A DNA stretch of 64,000 bases from Octopus sinensis (Eukaryota), in assembly GCF_006345805.1 (NCBI RefSeq), contig NC_043008.1:36332001-36396000 (forward strand), read 5' to 3'. Positions 11,650 through 24,334 of the stretch are shown one piece after another. The notes beneath the pieces are model-generated. The model worked only from the letters and a program-made list of their open reading frames with translations. It searched no databases and was not told the origin of the DNA. Every line of letters starts with the position of its first letter. Positions within the stretch are counted from its first letter, which is position 1. The translations under genes were made by a program, and so were the position numbers.

Positions 11650-11792
11650 CTTTTACGATCCCTCTTGATCGAAAACCTACGCCACCCCCCTTTTTTTTTC
11701 TTTTGTTTTTGTTCTCTTCATCCCCCAAAAGAAAAGCTCTACCTTGTAACTTGTCCCATCTGTGTGCAGCCCTGTGTGGCCAATAAAGAAAC
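11650..11792 (+). mobile_element. second Tx1 3' terminus ending at (TATC)n
   Basis: GATCCC..TTGATCGAAA..CAAAAGAAAAGCTCTAC..GTGTGGCCAATAAAGAAAC parallels 11280-11395. Confidence 0.7.
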
Positions 11793-11868
<76 letters not shown>

Positions 11869-12873
11869 TAACGAAGCGGGGGTAAAAATCAAGGTGTTCA
11901 CACGAGATACTTTGCGAGACTCCAATACGTCCTCTCAACGACTCATACCACGTTTCCCGTCTCAACTAATACGCTACTCTTTATAAGAGTTCGGCTAGTC
12001 CATTCTTCAATCCCCCAGGGATGTCAATGACTCTCACCACAACAGTGTTAATAATTAACGAAAGAAAAATATAAATTCTCGTTTATAATTTTGATTGGGA
12101 TTTATTAACAAGTTATAAATTTTAATTCGTTAGTTTTGTTTAAATTTATCCTGACTTGTGTGGGCAATACAGCTTTTCACGACCGCTTCCGTTGACATTG
12201 TATTAGACTATAAAAATCTTACGAGTGTTAAGACAAAAGAAAGGCAAAAAATGAAAAAGAATCCCACCTCCCAAGAAAACGAGAGAAGGAAAAGTAAAGA
12301 AATGAAGAAAAAAATGTTGCTAAATTTGTGTTTGAAATTTCCAGGATTAACTGATTAAAATGATTTGAATATGTTTTGGCTTTGTTTCATTGTGAGTGTT
12401 TTTTTTGATTTTTGATTATTGTAAACCCCAATCAAAGACTAAACCAGACAAAAAACCGGGTTGAAAAAAAAAAAAAAGAAAAAAAGAGAAACGGAATTGG
12501 GAATGAAAAAAAATTGATTTTTTATATGTAAATGGTGTTTTGATACTTCCAACTTGATAGTATGTTTTTATGTGAAGAAGAAACTAAAAGCGAAATCTCA
12601 ACAAATTATATATTTTGTTTGTTGTTATTTATCGTTGTTGTTCTTTTTCCATCAAAGTGAGTTAATAGCCATTCGTATGAATTTAAATAAATCAGGTATT
12701 AAAAGGACGTGGGCTGAACATTTTTGAATGACTTGAATTTTCCTCTTAGCTGAAGAAAGCGAAAACTTAATGGTATTTGTTAGTAATTCTCAAAGAAGCA
12801 AAAGAAATAGAAAACGATATAATTTCAATAAATTAAGAACCATTTTCACAGAAAATCGAATGTTCATGCTAAC

Positions 12874-12914
<41 letters not shown>

Positions 12915-13650
12915 GATCTGCTTTATTAGATAAGGTGACAGCTACAGACATGCTTCGGTTATATTTGGTGTCATCAGCATAATATTAAGGACCCAGAAGT
13001 TTTTACAAGTGAGAAGAAAAGAGTTACGAAAATTTTTGCCCAGTATATTTTGCATACATACAAAAGAGTTGACGAAGGGAAATAACTCAAATAATGGACC
13101 AATGACATGCATTTAGATAATTCAGGTTGGCGTTGTTGTACTGAATAAATATATAAAAATAACTAAATGGATTGAAATTTGCTTTTTAGAGAAAGAAAAC
13201 AAAATTTAGTGATAATTGTTAGAAATTATGCGTCAACTGTCTAAAATTGTTTCATGGAGATTCCGAATAGGAAGCGTTACTATTGTATAAAGTAGTATAT
13301 TTATCTTATTCTGTTGTAAAGAATACAGCATTTCAATTGATTATGGTAATTCTTCCCTTAATAATTACATCTACTCGCTAGTGTTTTAAAATCTAGGGAA
13401 ATTGCTAACGACCGACGGCTGAGACGATATCCTATTGCCACCAGCACTGTACACTACAGACGCTCAAACTACAAAAGCACATAGCTCAGGTGGACTAACT
13501 TCATTTTGTTATAAATAGGTTCTTTTTGGTGGGGTTGAGAGAGAAAATTTAGCAAATCACTGGGCTCCTACTTAAGTCACTTGTTTCTGTCTCTCTCAGT
13601 TCACCTAAATATAAACAGGACACACACACACACAGACAACCACACATATA

Positions 13651-13812
13651 GCGCAGGCGTGGCTGTGTGGTAAGAATCTTGCTTTCCAACTACATGGTTC
13701 CAGGTTCAGTCCCACTGCTTGGCGCCTTGAGCAAATGTCTTCTACTATAACCTCGGGCTGACCAAAGTCTTGTGAGTGGATTTCGTAGATGGAAACTGAA
13801 AGAAGCCCATCG

Positions 13813-13843
<31 letters not shown>

Positions 13844-14050
13844 CTTTAGGTCTCTGTTTGTCCCCCCACTATCGCTTGACAAGCAGTGTTGGTGTGTTTA
13901 CGTCCCCGTAACATAACGGTGCGGCTAAAGAAACCGATAAAATAAGTACTAGGCTTATAATGAATAAGTCCTGGCCTCGATTTCGTCGACTAGAAAGCTC
14001 TTTAAGGTGGTGCACCGCAGTAAAATTACTGAAAGAAGTAAAAGAAAAAG
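13651..14050 (+). mobile_element. SINE family A, full length
   Basis: GCGCAGGCGTGGCTGTGTGGTAAG head, GGTTCAGTCCC B box, internal (TA)n, AAGTAAAAG tail. Confidence 0.9.
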
Positions 14051-14054
14051 AATA

Positions 14055-14256
<202 letters not shown>

Positions 14257-14425
14257 TAAGTATTATTGCAACATAATAGTATTATTTTCCAGCTAAATAA
14301 ATCACCGTAAAGTTAGAAGTATTCTAGCAAACATGTGTGCCTTGTGCCACTATTTCCTATTTGTAATCCTACCTTTACGGTACTTTATTTAGCTGGAAAA
14401 TAATACTATTGTGTTGCAATAATAC

Positions 14426-14492
<67 letters not shown>

Positions 14493-14702
14493 GCATATAT
14501 ATATGTATATATATATATATATGCATATAGATATCTACATGCATATACATACACATACAATCTATGTGTGCATATGTGTATGTATATGCATGTAGATATC
14601 TATATGCATATATATATATGTATATATATATGCATATATATATATCTACATGCATGTACATACACATATGCACACATAGATTGATACGCATCTGCATACA
14701 TA

Positions 14703-15818
14703 CACACAAACTCATGCATATACAAAGCCACACACAATACACATACTGTACAAATTATATTAAATATACATTATAAATAAATATACATAAATTGCGTAAA
14801 TATAAGCGGAAAAATCTGATAGAGAATATACATAAATCGTGTAAATGTAAGTGGAAAACTTTGAAGGTCGATAATATGATACAAAATGAAATGATAGGGT
14901 GGAAAAATTGTAAATGTTGATATAACTCAACGCTATTATAACTGTATCCTAAGCGTTGCGGAAAATGCGAAAGGTAAAATAAAATTAGAAAAAAACTTAG
15001 ATCTTCCAATTTTTTAGAATATATTTAGACATATGTTTACACCGCCGAATATCTCTGATCTTGAGTTCAAAATTGAGTTCGGAATTTTAGATCTGAATAG
15101 AATTGGCGCCCTTTCAGCCAAGCAAAACCAACATTTACTGGATCCATTCATGCATCGCTTCGACTATTATTATTTTCCATCTAATAATATATGAAATATT
15201 GTTCATTTCCAGTGCCCAATTGTGGCTCGCCAAATTTGTAGCTTTACTCTTCTCACTATGGCGGAAGGATGCCATATGACTGGTATACCGTTTTTTAAAA
15301 TTTCGTTCGCATAGTCGAATGTAGGTTTTGCTTTGCTTGGCTGAAAAGGCGCAAATTCCGAACTCAATTTTGAACTGAAGATCAGAGATATTCAGTGGGT
15401 GCAAACATATATCTAAATATATTTTTTAAAAAAACTGCAAGATTCCACCGATATAGGACTGACTAAATTTTTTTCTAAAAATTATTTTCTCAATATAATA
15501 AAATAAAATTTTTTTTCTTAATTTCTTTCTAATTTTTAAATATTATTTTACGTTTCGCATTTTCAACGCTTAATCTACAGATATAATAGCGTCGAGTTAT
15601 ATCAACATTTACAATTTTTCCACCCTGTCATTTCATTTTGCATCATATTATCGACCTTCAAATTTTTCCACTTATATTTCCACGATTTATGTATATTCTC
15701 CATCATATTTTCCCGCTTATATTTACGAAATTTATGTATATTTATTTATAATGTATATTTAATATAATTTGTACAGTGTGTGTATTGTGTGTGGCTTTGT
15801 ATATGCATGAGTTTGTAT
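14703..15818. repeat. ~1.1-kb diverged inverted repeat (arms ~14703-15129 and ~15324-15818)
   Basis: CAAACTCATGCATATACAAAGCCACACACAATACAC... is the reverse complement of ...GTGTATTGTGTGTGGCTTTGTATATGCATGAGTTTG, and homology continues along both arms. Confidence 0.9.
15135..15330 (-). mobile_element. Penelope-like element GIY-YIG endonuclease fragment
   Basis: KTYIRLCERNFKKRYTSHMASFRHSEKSKATNLASHNWAL...IRWKII matches the YIG.T...FK.RY..H..SF...T.LS.H.W.L pattern. Confidence 0.8.
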
Positions 15819-16166
15819 GGTCTTTGAGCTCTTTAGAGTTTTTGTATATATAATTTCAGTTTTTCTTCTATATTTTATATATTTATATTTATATTTTGCA
15901 TTTTCTTCGTACATTTCATGTTCATTAGTGAATTTATAGTTATTAAAATTACATTTTAATATATTTTGATAGATTTTTAATATACTTTTAATATCTTTAT
16001 TTATAATTTTTATTTGGTTATTTAAAAAAAATTCTTTTCTTTTTGGTATTGTATTACTCGTTCAGCCATCTTGATGGAATCTTCAATTAGGTATGTTTTG
16101 CTTTCGTATCGCTCCACTCCTGTCCCCCTATTTAAACGTAAACCTCTTGGTTGCATAGTTCAATCA

Positions 16167-16210
16167 GCGCCTGATGAACGTACTTATGTACGTGAAACAG
16201 TTAGCAGCGC
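16167..16210 (+). ncRNA. minimal type-I hammerhead ribozyme motif in a Penelope pLTR-like segment (cleavage triplet degenerate)
   Basis: GCGC-CTGATGA-ACGTAC/TTAT/GTACGT-GAAAC-AGTTA-GCA-GCGC: intact core and 6-bp stem II, but GCA in place of GUH. Confidence 0.65.
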
Positions 16211-17379
16211 ATATAATGAATGTACTATGAAGCATTTATAGTTATATAAATATAGTTTGAGTTGAAAATATGTGGAAAACATTTATTAAAAGTGAAAGAG
16301 AAATGCCTACGTTTCACATAGTTTAATATCTTGTTATAAAGAATTAAAAAATATATATATACGTATTTTATGGATATCGTGATATCCAACCGGTTTTCGC
16401 TATTTAAATTAGCTTTACAAGGGACATTGTGAAGTAATCAATTTTTGTGACAAAAGGGTCTCGCCATTTTGGATGCTTGAAAAATAAGATTGAGTCTAGA
16501 GAGTAGACAACAGGTGGCAAGGGGACAACTAACTCCTCAGTATAACTTTTATATTCCTCCGATATATATATATATTTTTCCAGTAAATATCGGTGTTTCG
16601 TTGTGCCATTTATTTACTTTTATATATATACATATAAAGAGCCACTCCAGCAGAGCGTGAAGAAACTAAGGAGAATATTTTATGCTTAGTTTTTACATTT
16701 ATTCGAGTTTCGTTAATCTCAAATTATGCGCCATTTTTCCATGATCCCCCGTCGTTTGCCCTAGATATTTAATTTTCCTTTTGCATTTTTTAGCTTTTTT
16801 TTATATCTAAGATTGGATATTAATTTCTTTTATTTCAAATGTAATTCTGAAAAATTGAAAAGGCAAATTTACCTCATTTTGTCATACATATTTTGCTCTA
16901 CCTAAATTTGTCCATCGTATGCTCAAGGCTATCGGAGATAATTTTCTGAAATAGTGTTCTGAACAATGGTGGTTCGTGTATAAGCACTGCGGAATCGCAG
17001 CACTCGTTATTTTCACTCAATATCATCGATAACATTCAATATAATGAGTCTTTTCTTTTTTAATTCTTTCTTTATACTTGTACATTATAAGCTTCATGTC
17101 AGTAGCCGTCCCTTCGTTCATGAAAAATTATGAAAATTGTTGTATGGAACTGTATGTTTCACAGTTCAAGCAATGCGGTGTTTGGCTGTTGTGCGCACAT
17201 ATCTGAGGAAAGAAGTTGTACGCTCGTTAGAGGAAGCCCTGTCCCTCGTGTAGTGCAAACCCTGTTGTCCGAGTGTAAGGTAGCTTGAAAACCGTGGAGC
17301 GTATTTTTGAATGTGATAAACTGTAGATGATTATCATGCTTCCAGCTATTCTATTTAATTCACAGTTGTTTTGGTTGTT

Positions 17380-19986
17380 TTATTGTACAGAAAATATAAT
17401 AATTTAACCACGACCTCTTTGCATCCCCAAGAAATAATTTCTGTGACAGCAAGTGAACTTTACCTTAAGTTTTTACAGTTGTCTCTCTATGAGAAAAGAG
17501 GCCAATCAACACCTGATATTCAAATATCTCATCCAGGAATAAGTAACAATAAGAGGTATATTCATAGCTTTAATTCTGAATGATACCAACGGAAAAGTTG
17601 GCTCGGCGACTTTGAAGTGAAAGATGCATTGTTTTACTTTCTGTGTTTGCCGTTTGGTGATGTAACGTGAAAGAAAAAACCGAAAAACAGAAGTCAAAGA
17701 AGCATGTTGTCGGAGCACTGCATCCTTCAAAACTTCCATGCTTCCTGAGATTCGCCAACACTACACTTGATTTTCTCCCCTCCATACACACACAAGCATG
17801 CATCTGACTCATACATTGTTCGCTTTCCAGACATTTCTACATTACTGCATGTACTTTATATGCACTTTCTGACAAGTTGTGGTGCACCTGAGCACTGTAT
17901 ACAATAATTTCATTATTATTATGTTGAAAATGTAGTTTCACTGCCACTTTTCGGAAACGTAATTATTAAGGAGAATCTACAGACTTTCATCAATGAGCAT
18001 ATCATGAAGGTTAAACAGAACAGAAATTTTATCCAAATTAATTGACTATTTTATTATTGCTTTCATACAGTTTTTCGAGATTAGTGACGAAAAGTTACTG
18101 GAAAAACCATATAAGGATTTGCATTGGGACCTCCTTTCATCGAAAACTGGTGATTGTCGTACGCCGACGACAGGTCAATACCTAGAAACTGCAGTCCGTG
18201 CGTATCACTTAGGTTGACGAGGGAAGGATGACCTCCCTTTGCAAATACCATAAGGGCACAGAAAGTGTGCCTAAAGCCAGCTGGAGACGATGTTCTCCTG
18301 GGGCTACAAGCTACAGTAACACCCACCCTTAGTGGTTAGCCATATTGAGATGGCAAGTATACCTCACATAATTGACTAGTTTATTTTGTGGAAACTTTCA
18401 AGCTTACCTTACGTGGACATGATGTAAAAGATGATTCAGTAAATTCAGAGGTATTTAGAGGATCAATAAATTTTGCACCTAAATAACATCCAAATTTGAA
18501 GAATCACTTAGAAACCACTACGGTTTTCAAAGGTGTTTCTAAACCCATTCAGAATGAGACACTTGACTGCCTGCTACAAATATACCATCAGGACTGAAAT
18601 TAGAGAAGCTTCGTTTGTAGCCGTCGTGGCTGAGGACACAACAAATGTTTCGGAACACAATCAAATGGTCATTGTTCTACTGCACATGCTGAAGGAAGAA
18701 ATATTTGAGCATTTTTGGGAATTCTTTATTCCAGAAAATTAAACTCCAGATGACATATCAAAATATATTCTAGAACAATCTTATAATAATTCTGCTTGTC
18801 ATTGCGTTACTTTTCCCGTCGGTAACGCTTTCACAGTTGAAGGGAAAAAGAGGAGAAAGAAAAAGGAGAGAGAAAGAGGGGAGAGAGAGATGATGATGAT
18901 GGTGGTGGGGGTAGTGGAAGCGGTGGTGGTGGTGATTGGATAGTGAAAAGTATATTTTAAATTGAACTAAGTTTTTTATATCACTTATCACTTAACGCAT
19001 GCGCATAAGTGCAATTCCGTGTAATGTTCACGCTTATTTACGTGGCAGATATATGTAATTTAACTAAAAGTTGTATCATATGTACGAGATATTTTTTTGT
19101 TTATGGGAAATATGGAAAAATAAGAGTGCATATTTATTTTATGAGTGCTGTAAAATTGTGCGTAAAGTATTAATATATAAAGTGCATGAAGTAGTCATAG
19201 TATTCCAATTTCTTTCACTTTTCAATGAAAAGCAGATGGGCGACTATCTTTCCATACAGACACAACAACAGATTACGCCTTCAGATTTTTCGGATAAAAT
19301 TTTCAGAAATAACCCAATAGGTTTTACTATTAATTCCGTGAACTATTCACCGGTTCCGCTAGTGAGAAATAATCCTTCAAGGAAAAAGGCAAAAACAGAT
19401 AGCTCAGACATTTGACGGTACAAATGTCATGAAAGGCAAAAAAGCAGGAGCTCAAGAAAATATAGAAGCAGTTTATAATAATGCACATTTCATTCACCGT
19501 TATGCTCATCAACTTAATTTAATAACGAAAAAATGCAGCAAGAATTACACAGAAACGCAAAAATATTTTTCTCCAACATTTTGGCTATTTCAACATTCTT
19601 CTCAAGATCACCGCAACGTATATCTATTCTCAAGAAGCATATGGACGTCAGCATTCTACGTCCATCCTCTACAAGGTGGAACTTTAACAGAGTTCATGAA
19701 AATTTTGCGATGTTTAAACAGTCATCCAGGGATCAAAGAGAAAATTATTAACCTTTTCGCTCAAGGCAAAACAAGAAGATGGGATTTCATTTTAAAACGG
19801 ATGAATCGAGCTTGAACCGTAATAATTTATTAGAAAGCAAACAATAATGTTTTCGCTTAGGATTTTATCAAGTTCATGAATAAATTTTCTTTTACATGTT
19901 CCTTTCGTTTTACACAATATTAAAACGATGGTCAAAAATTTTCTGAAGCAGCCCCACCCACTAATTTTAGTCACGCGCTGCCACTG
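17380..19986 (+). mobile_element. fossil hAT transposon (ZMYM1/DUF4371-type transposase) with nested insertions
   Basis: FNSE*YQRKSWL...DALF (TTF-type Zn finger), LRGHD...FKGVSKPIQNE...FVAVVAEDTTNVS, AQTFDGTNVMKG, H.YAHQLNL, RPSSTRWN. Probable right TIR ...GCTGCCACTG at 19986. Many stops and frameshifts. Confidence 0.8.
17715..17915 (+). mobile_element. probable LINE 3' tail with (ATT)n, inserted in the hAT fossil
   Basis: Interrupts the transposase homology and ends GCACTGTATACAATAATTTCATTATTATTAT. Clade assignment (CR1/L2) is from recall only. Confidence 0.45.
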
Positions 19987-21827
19987 GCTCTGAATATGTT
20001 ATAATATTTTTAATGCATTTAGAGATCATTTACTCAGCTATTACCGTAAATATTACTCATTGTGCCCCACCAGCTATTCTGTTATAACATCTTTAGTTAT
20101 AGTTTAGGCTTATAGGAGAAAAACAGTGATTAATTTGTTTTTCTTTTCAGAATAGAATAATACAAAAGAAAGCTGTCAACCATCTTAATCACCCAATTCA
20201 TTCGAAAAACGAACAAAAACAAGCAAAAACAAAAACAATAACAAGAAACAAACAAAGAAATGAACAAAGAAAAATAAGAAAAATGTATTTAATCTTCATT
20301 GCCACCGTCAGTATTCTCTTGTTATTAAGGATGTTTTTAAGAATTTTGAAAACCTGGTATGCTGGATCCTCGCAGTTCTTTGTGTTCAAAACCGCCATAT
20401 CCATGATACTGCTGTTCCGAGAGAAGCTTGATCTGATAGCAGAGAGATTCGAGTACCACAGATTGTCATCATCTACCTTGACTCGAAGAGATTCCAAAAC
20501 TGCAATCTGCTGTCATCCACTTGGATACTTTATATCAGAGTGTGAGGTTGAATGAAAAGGTTATCGGTGGGATTTGAACCCCTGGGCGGAATACGAACTC
20601 AGAACGCTACGATCCGGAACATATACTGCAAGGCATTCCATTCGACGCTCTAATGACTGGTAATTTACATTAATTTGCATTAAGCTATAGTCTAAAAGTT
20701 GTGTATTATTTTCAAACAAAACAGGAATAAAGACTTGTTCAATTATTCCTTGGCGAGCACCAACTTCCCACGCCAAAAGATTTCCCAAGTGCATGCCAAA
20801 TCTAATTGACCTCACCATTCATATAAGTGACGAGGTAGTGAAGACGTGTGCATAAATTTCAATCGAAAACTTACAGAAGACAGCGTAAAAGTTTCGACGA
20901 TTTATTTAGATAATTGACTTTCCAACCTACATTAGTCAAGGGTTCTTTCTACTTATTTGTTTTATTTACCTGTTTTATTTATTTAACCGTTTTGAAACGC
21001 GTTACTTTCAACATATTGAAACAAAGTTATTTTGAGATTCACAGGGAGCCATTAGCATTAGAAATATAGTCTAATACATATATATTTTTGCAAGCTGTTT
21101 CATGCAGTTTGCTTTGTGTTTTAAAACACTCATTATCTACTTTATCTGTTCATGAAACCAATTTCATGTTAAAAAGTTTAATCAAAATAAATAAAGCGAA
21201 ATGAAAGAAAATTGTCTTTCTACGAATTTGTAACAACAAAAATTTCGTCACTTCTTCCATTCCATGTTACTCTACTTTCAGCCTCTATACAGGAATATAT
21301 CACAAAATTTAGCAAATGTCAAACTTGACGGAATATCGTTTTTATACACCACAACACAATATTCTGTTGTCATCAGTATTTTATTTTTAGTTTCTTTACT
21401 CAGCATTTCCTTTGCCAAAATTAATGAAAAATCAACACTGTCAAAAGGCCACATATCTTAGAGGAATGTGATGCATCTATAATCAATCAAATTATAAATA
21501 AAATTTTTAAAATGAAGCAGAAAATAACGCCAGGAAGCCAAAACTTGTTATAAAAATATTCGTGAATTAAATATATTCACAATAGAATAACATCGTTGAC
21601 AACATTGTAAATAAGTCAGTTTACAGCAATGGTAAATCTCAACGACAGGATGCCATTTTATTGACCAAAGGAAAAAATAAATTTATAATGTGTGACATTG
21701 GATTCATTCAAACTAGAATAGGAAGAAGGCCTATTTAAATTTTAGAGAATGGATTTAATCGATTGAGTTAAACTCAATAATTATATATATATATATACAT
21801 ACATACACACACACACATATATATATG

Positions 21828-21859
<32 letters not shown>

Positions 21860-21869
21860 TATATATATA

Positions 21870-21960
<91 letters not shown>

Positions 21961-23221
21961 TTCTGTAGGGATGGAAGACAAAATTGACTCGGGAGGGAAA
22001 ATAGAATAGATAAAACTAAATGCGATAATTTCATTTAATATGCCATGTTACCCTGTTTTGACTACCCATGGGGATCAATTTTAAAGAGTGGTTGTGAAAT
22101 GCTAAAGCTCTTATATCTTTCCGAACGGCCATAAGCTTTTCACGTGAAGCGAAGTAGCTTCAATTAAAGATCGACATGAAGTCGTTGTCTATATTCTCCA
22201 GGAACCTACCATAATATTATGCAGTCGCAATATTTATGGATTGTTACTGAAATAAAATAGAAAACCTGGAAATAATACGGTAGATATAAAAATAAGCTAT
22301 TCTTTAGAGTGTCGTTTTATTTTCCACATTATTCAACAATTGAATCTGTTTATCCCCAGGCAACAAATTTACCGTCTTTTATTCCACCAAGAAACACAAT
22401 TCAGTGTGATCATTTCATGAAATATCTGCAACTTGATATTAGATTCATTTTGATCTGGAAATTTAGTTTTCCATTAATCTCCTTTCTTGCATACAATATT
22501 TACCCACCCAAAATAATTTAGACTAAGACGAGAGAAAATAATTATTTTTATGTCATGTGTCTAATAATAAGCAGGCATGATAATAAATATTAACTAATTA
22601 TTCGAAAACGAAACAGAAATAAATATTGTTTTCCCTTCTAAAATAAGTTGCAGTCCAATAGCCCGAAGAAAATATCGAAATATAATTTAAAGTTGTATTA
22701 AGTTATAAATAATCTTTTAAAGTAGAGATTCTTTAAATGCTTCAATGACAATATCCAGAAGATCCCAACACAACCTGAAAGTTCGTTTTGTATTGAATGA
22801 ATAGTAAGTATGACGAGTTTGCGAGTTTGTTTTCATTTTCTGTAGCCAATAGTTCTCTCTTCACTGATAATCGACATGAACTAAACAAATCTTGCAATAT
22901 AGATTAATGTCTGTCCGTATTCTTTAAACATTGAGTCTCAGTTCATATCTTAAGTTTGAGCGAAGTCTTTTGTCAGTGTTCATTCGAACTGTTATTTTTC
23001 TTGTCCTGTAACATGGTGCAAAGTCACTACCACCATTAAAAAAAAATTGTATGCTTATTTTGTTTGTTTGTTTGCTTGCTTGTTTCTCATCGTTCCCATT
23101 TGTAAATAATTTAATACCATTTTTTTTCTCTGCGAATGTTTTTCAGGTCATTTAATATGTTTGTTTAACACGAAGTTTCTATTATTTTTTCTTCAGTTTC
23201 CGTGAAATTACAATATTTACA

Positions 23222-23575
23222 TTAGCGGGCCGATTGCCGTCGCATCGCTTCTGTATAGAAAGTAAAACACATAGCATAATCGCTTCGACCGGGATCACAA
23301 TAATGAACACAACTCAAAACGATATGTCTATTTAAACAATAAGAACATATACGGTTACAATATGCACTACCCGATTGTCTTGAAATTCTCCGTGGGATGC
23401 TATTCTCTGGTAAGCTATGAACTTTGTTAGCACGCTTAAAAAGTGTGTTTTCTCGGTAAAATCTTGGATTGATTTGGTTCAGATGTAGGCTTTGTGTTTG
23501 GTCTGGTGATCGCCAACACCGATACTGTTGGATGTATGCAAAACCAAGCAAACTGAGCCAGACAATTCGGTACAT
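23222..23575 (-). CDS. secreted six-cysteine neuropeptide/hormone precursor (eclosion-hormone-like / synenkephalin-like Cys scaffold), 117 aa
   Basis: Acceptor TTTCCGCTTTGTCTATTTCCAG|A immediately before the ATG at 23575. Signal-like MYRIVWLSLLGFAYI, KR47-48, RRISR62-66, Cys at 73/77/80/89/93/103, RR112-113, TAA stop. Unique, non-repetitive sequence. Confidence 0.8.
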   Translation of the reverse strand: MYRIVWLSLLGFAYIQQYRCWRSPDQTQSLHLNQINPRFYRENTLFKRANKVHSLPENSIPRRISRQSGSAYCNRICSYCLNRHIVLSCVHYCDPGRSDYAMCFTFYTEAMRRQSAR

Positions 23576-23972
23576 TCTGGAAATAGACAAAGCGGAAATA
23601 TGCAAAAATATTACTCGGAAGTCTTAGTTATAGCTGATGACAATAATGTCTACTGAATTAAGTAACGGTTAAGGTATTCAACGTAAAGCATTATAATAGA
23701 CGTTGTAAAAAAACACAAGGGAGGGGAAAACACTGAAATCAATTCTGACGCATTCCCATCAATTACAGTGTCTGTGTGTTGCTGCGAAATTGGGTAACCA
23801 TGTTACGTAATTACAAAGTAACTCCTAACTGCGAGGGATCAATGTGACACACACACACACACATACACACACACACACGGCAATTCAAAAGTGTAGATAG
23901 CCACCAACTCGGGCTGAGTGCTGCATTGGAAATGCACCGATTTTCTATTTTGCTTTATATATATATATATAT

Positions 23973-24035
<63 letters not shown>

Positions 24036-24334
24036 ATATAAAATCCGTTCAGTCTGTGTGTGTGTGTCTTCTAGGATCTAGAGCATCCGCCATCCGATTG
24101 TGCTCAAATTTGACGATGCTAATGATGATGATGACGATGACGACGACAACGACGACGACAATGATGATGACGATGATGATGGTAATGATGATGACGATGA
24201 CGACGACAAGGATGATGACGATGATGATGGTAATGATGATTATGACGATGACGAAGTGCATCAAGGACGGCGAACGGGAATGCTGAATTCTACAGCTTAA
24301 TAAATCTCCCCACCTACTTGGCTACTACTTGATT

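Noticed and set aside
12941-12980. Hammerhead-like CTGATGA...GAAGCATGTC on the minus strand
   Set aside because: Stem II cannot pair and GAAA is mutated, so it is too degenerate to call.
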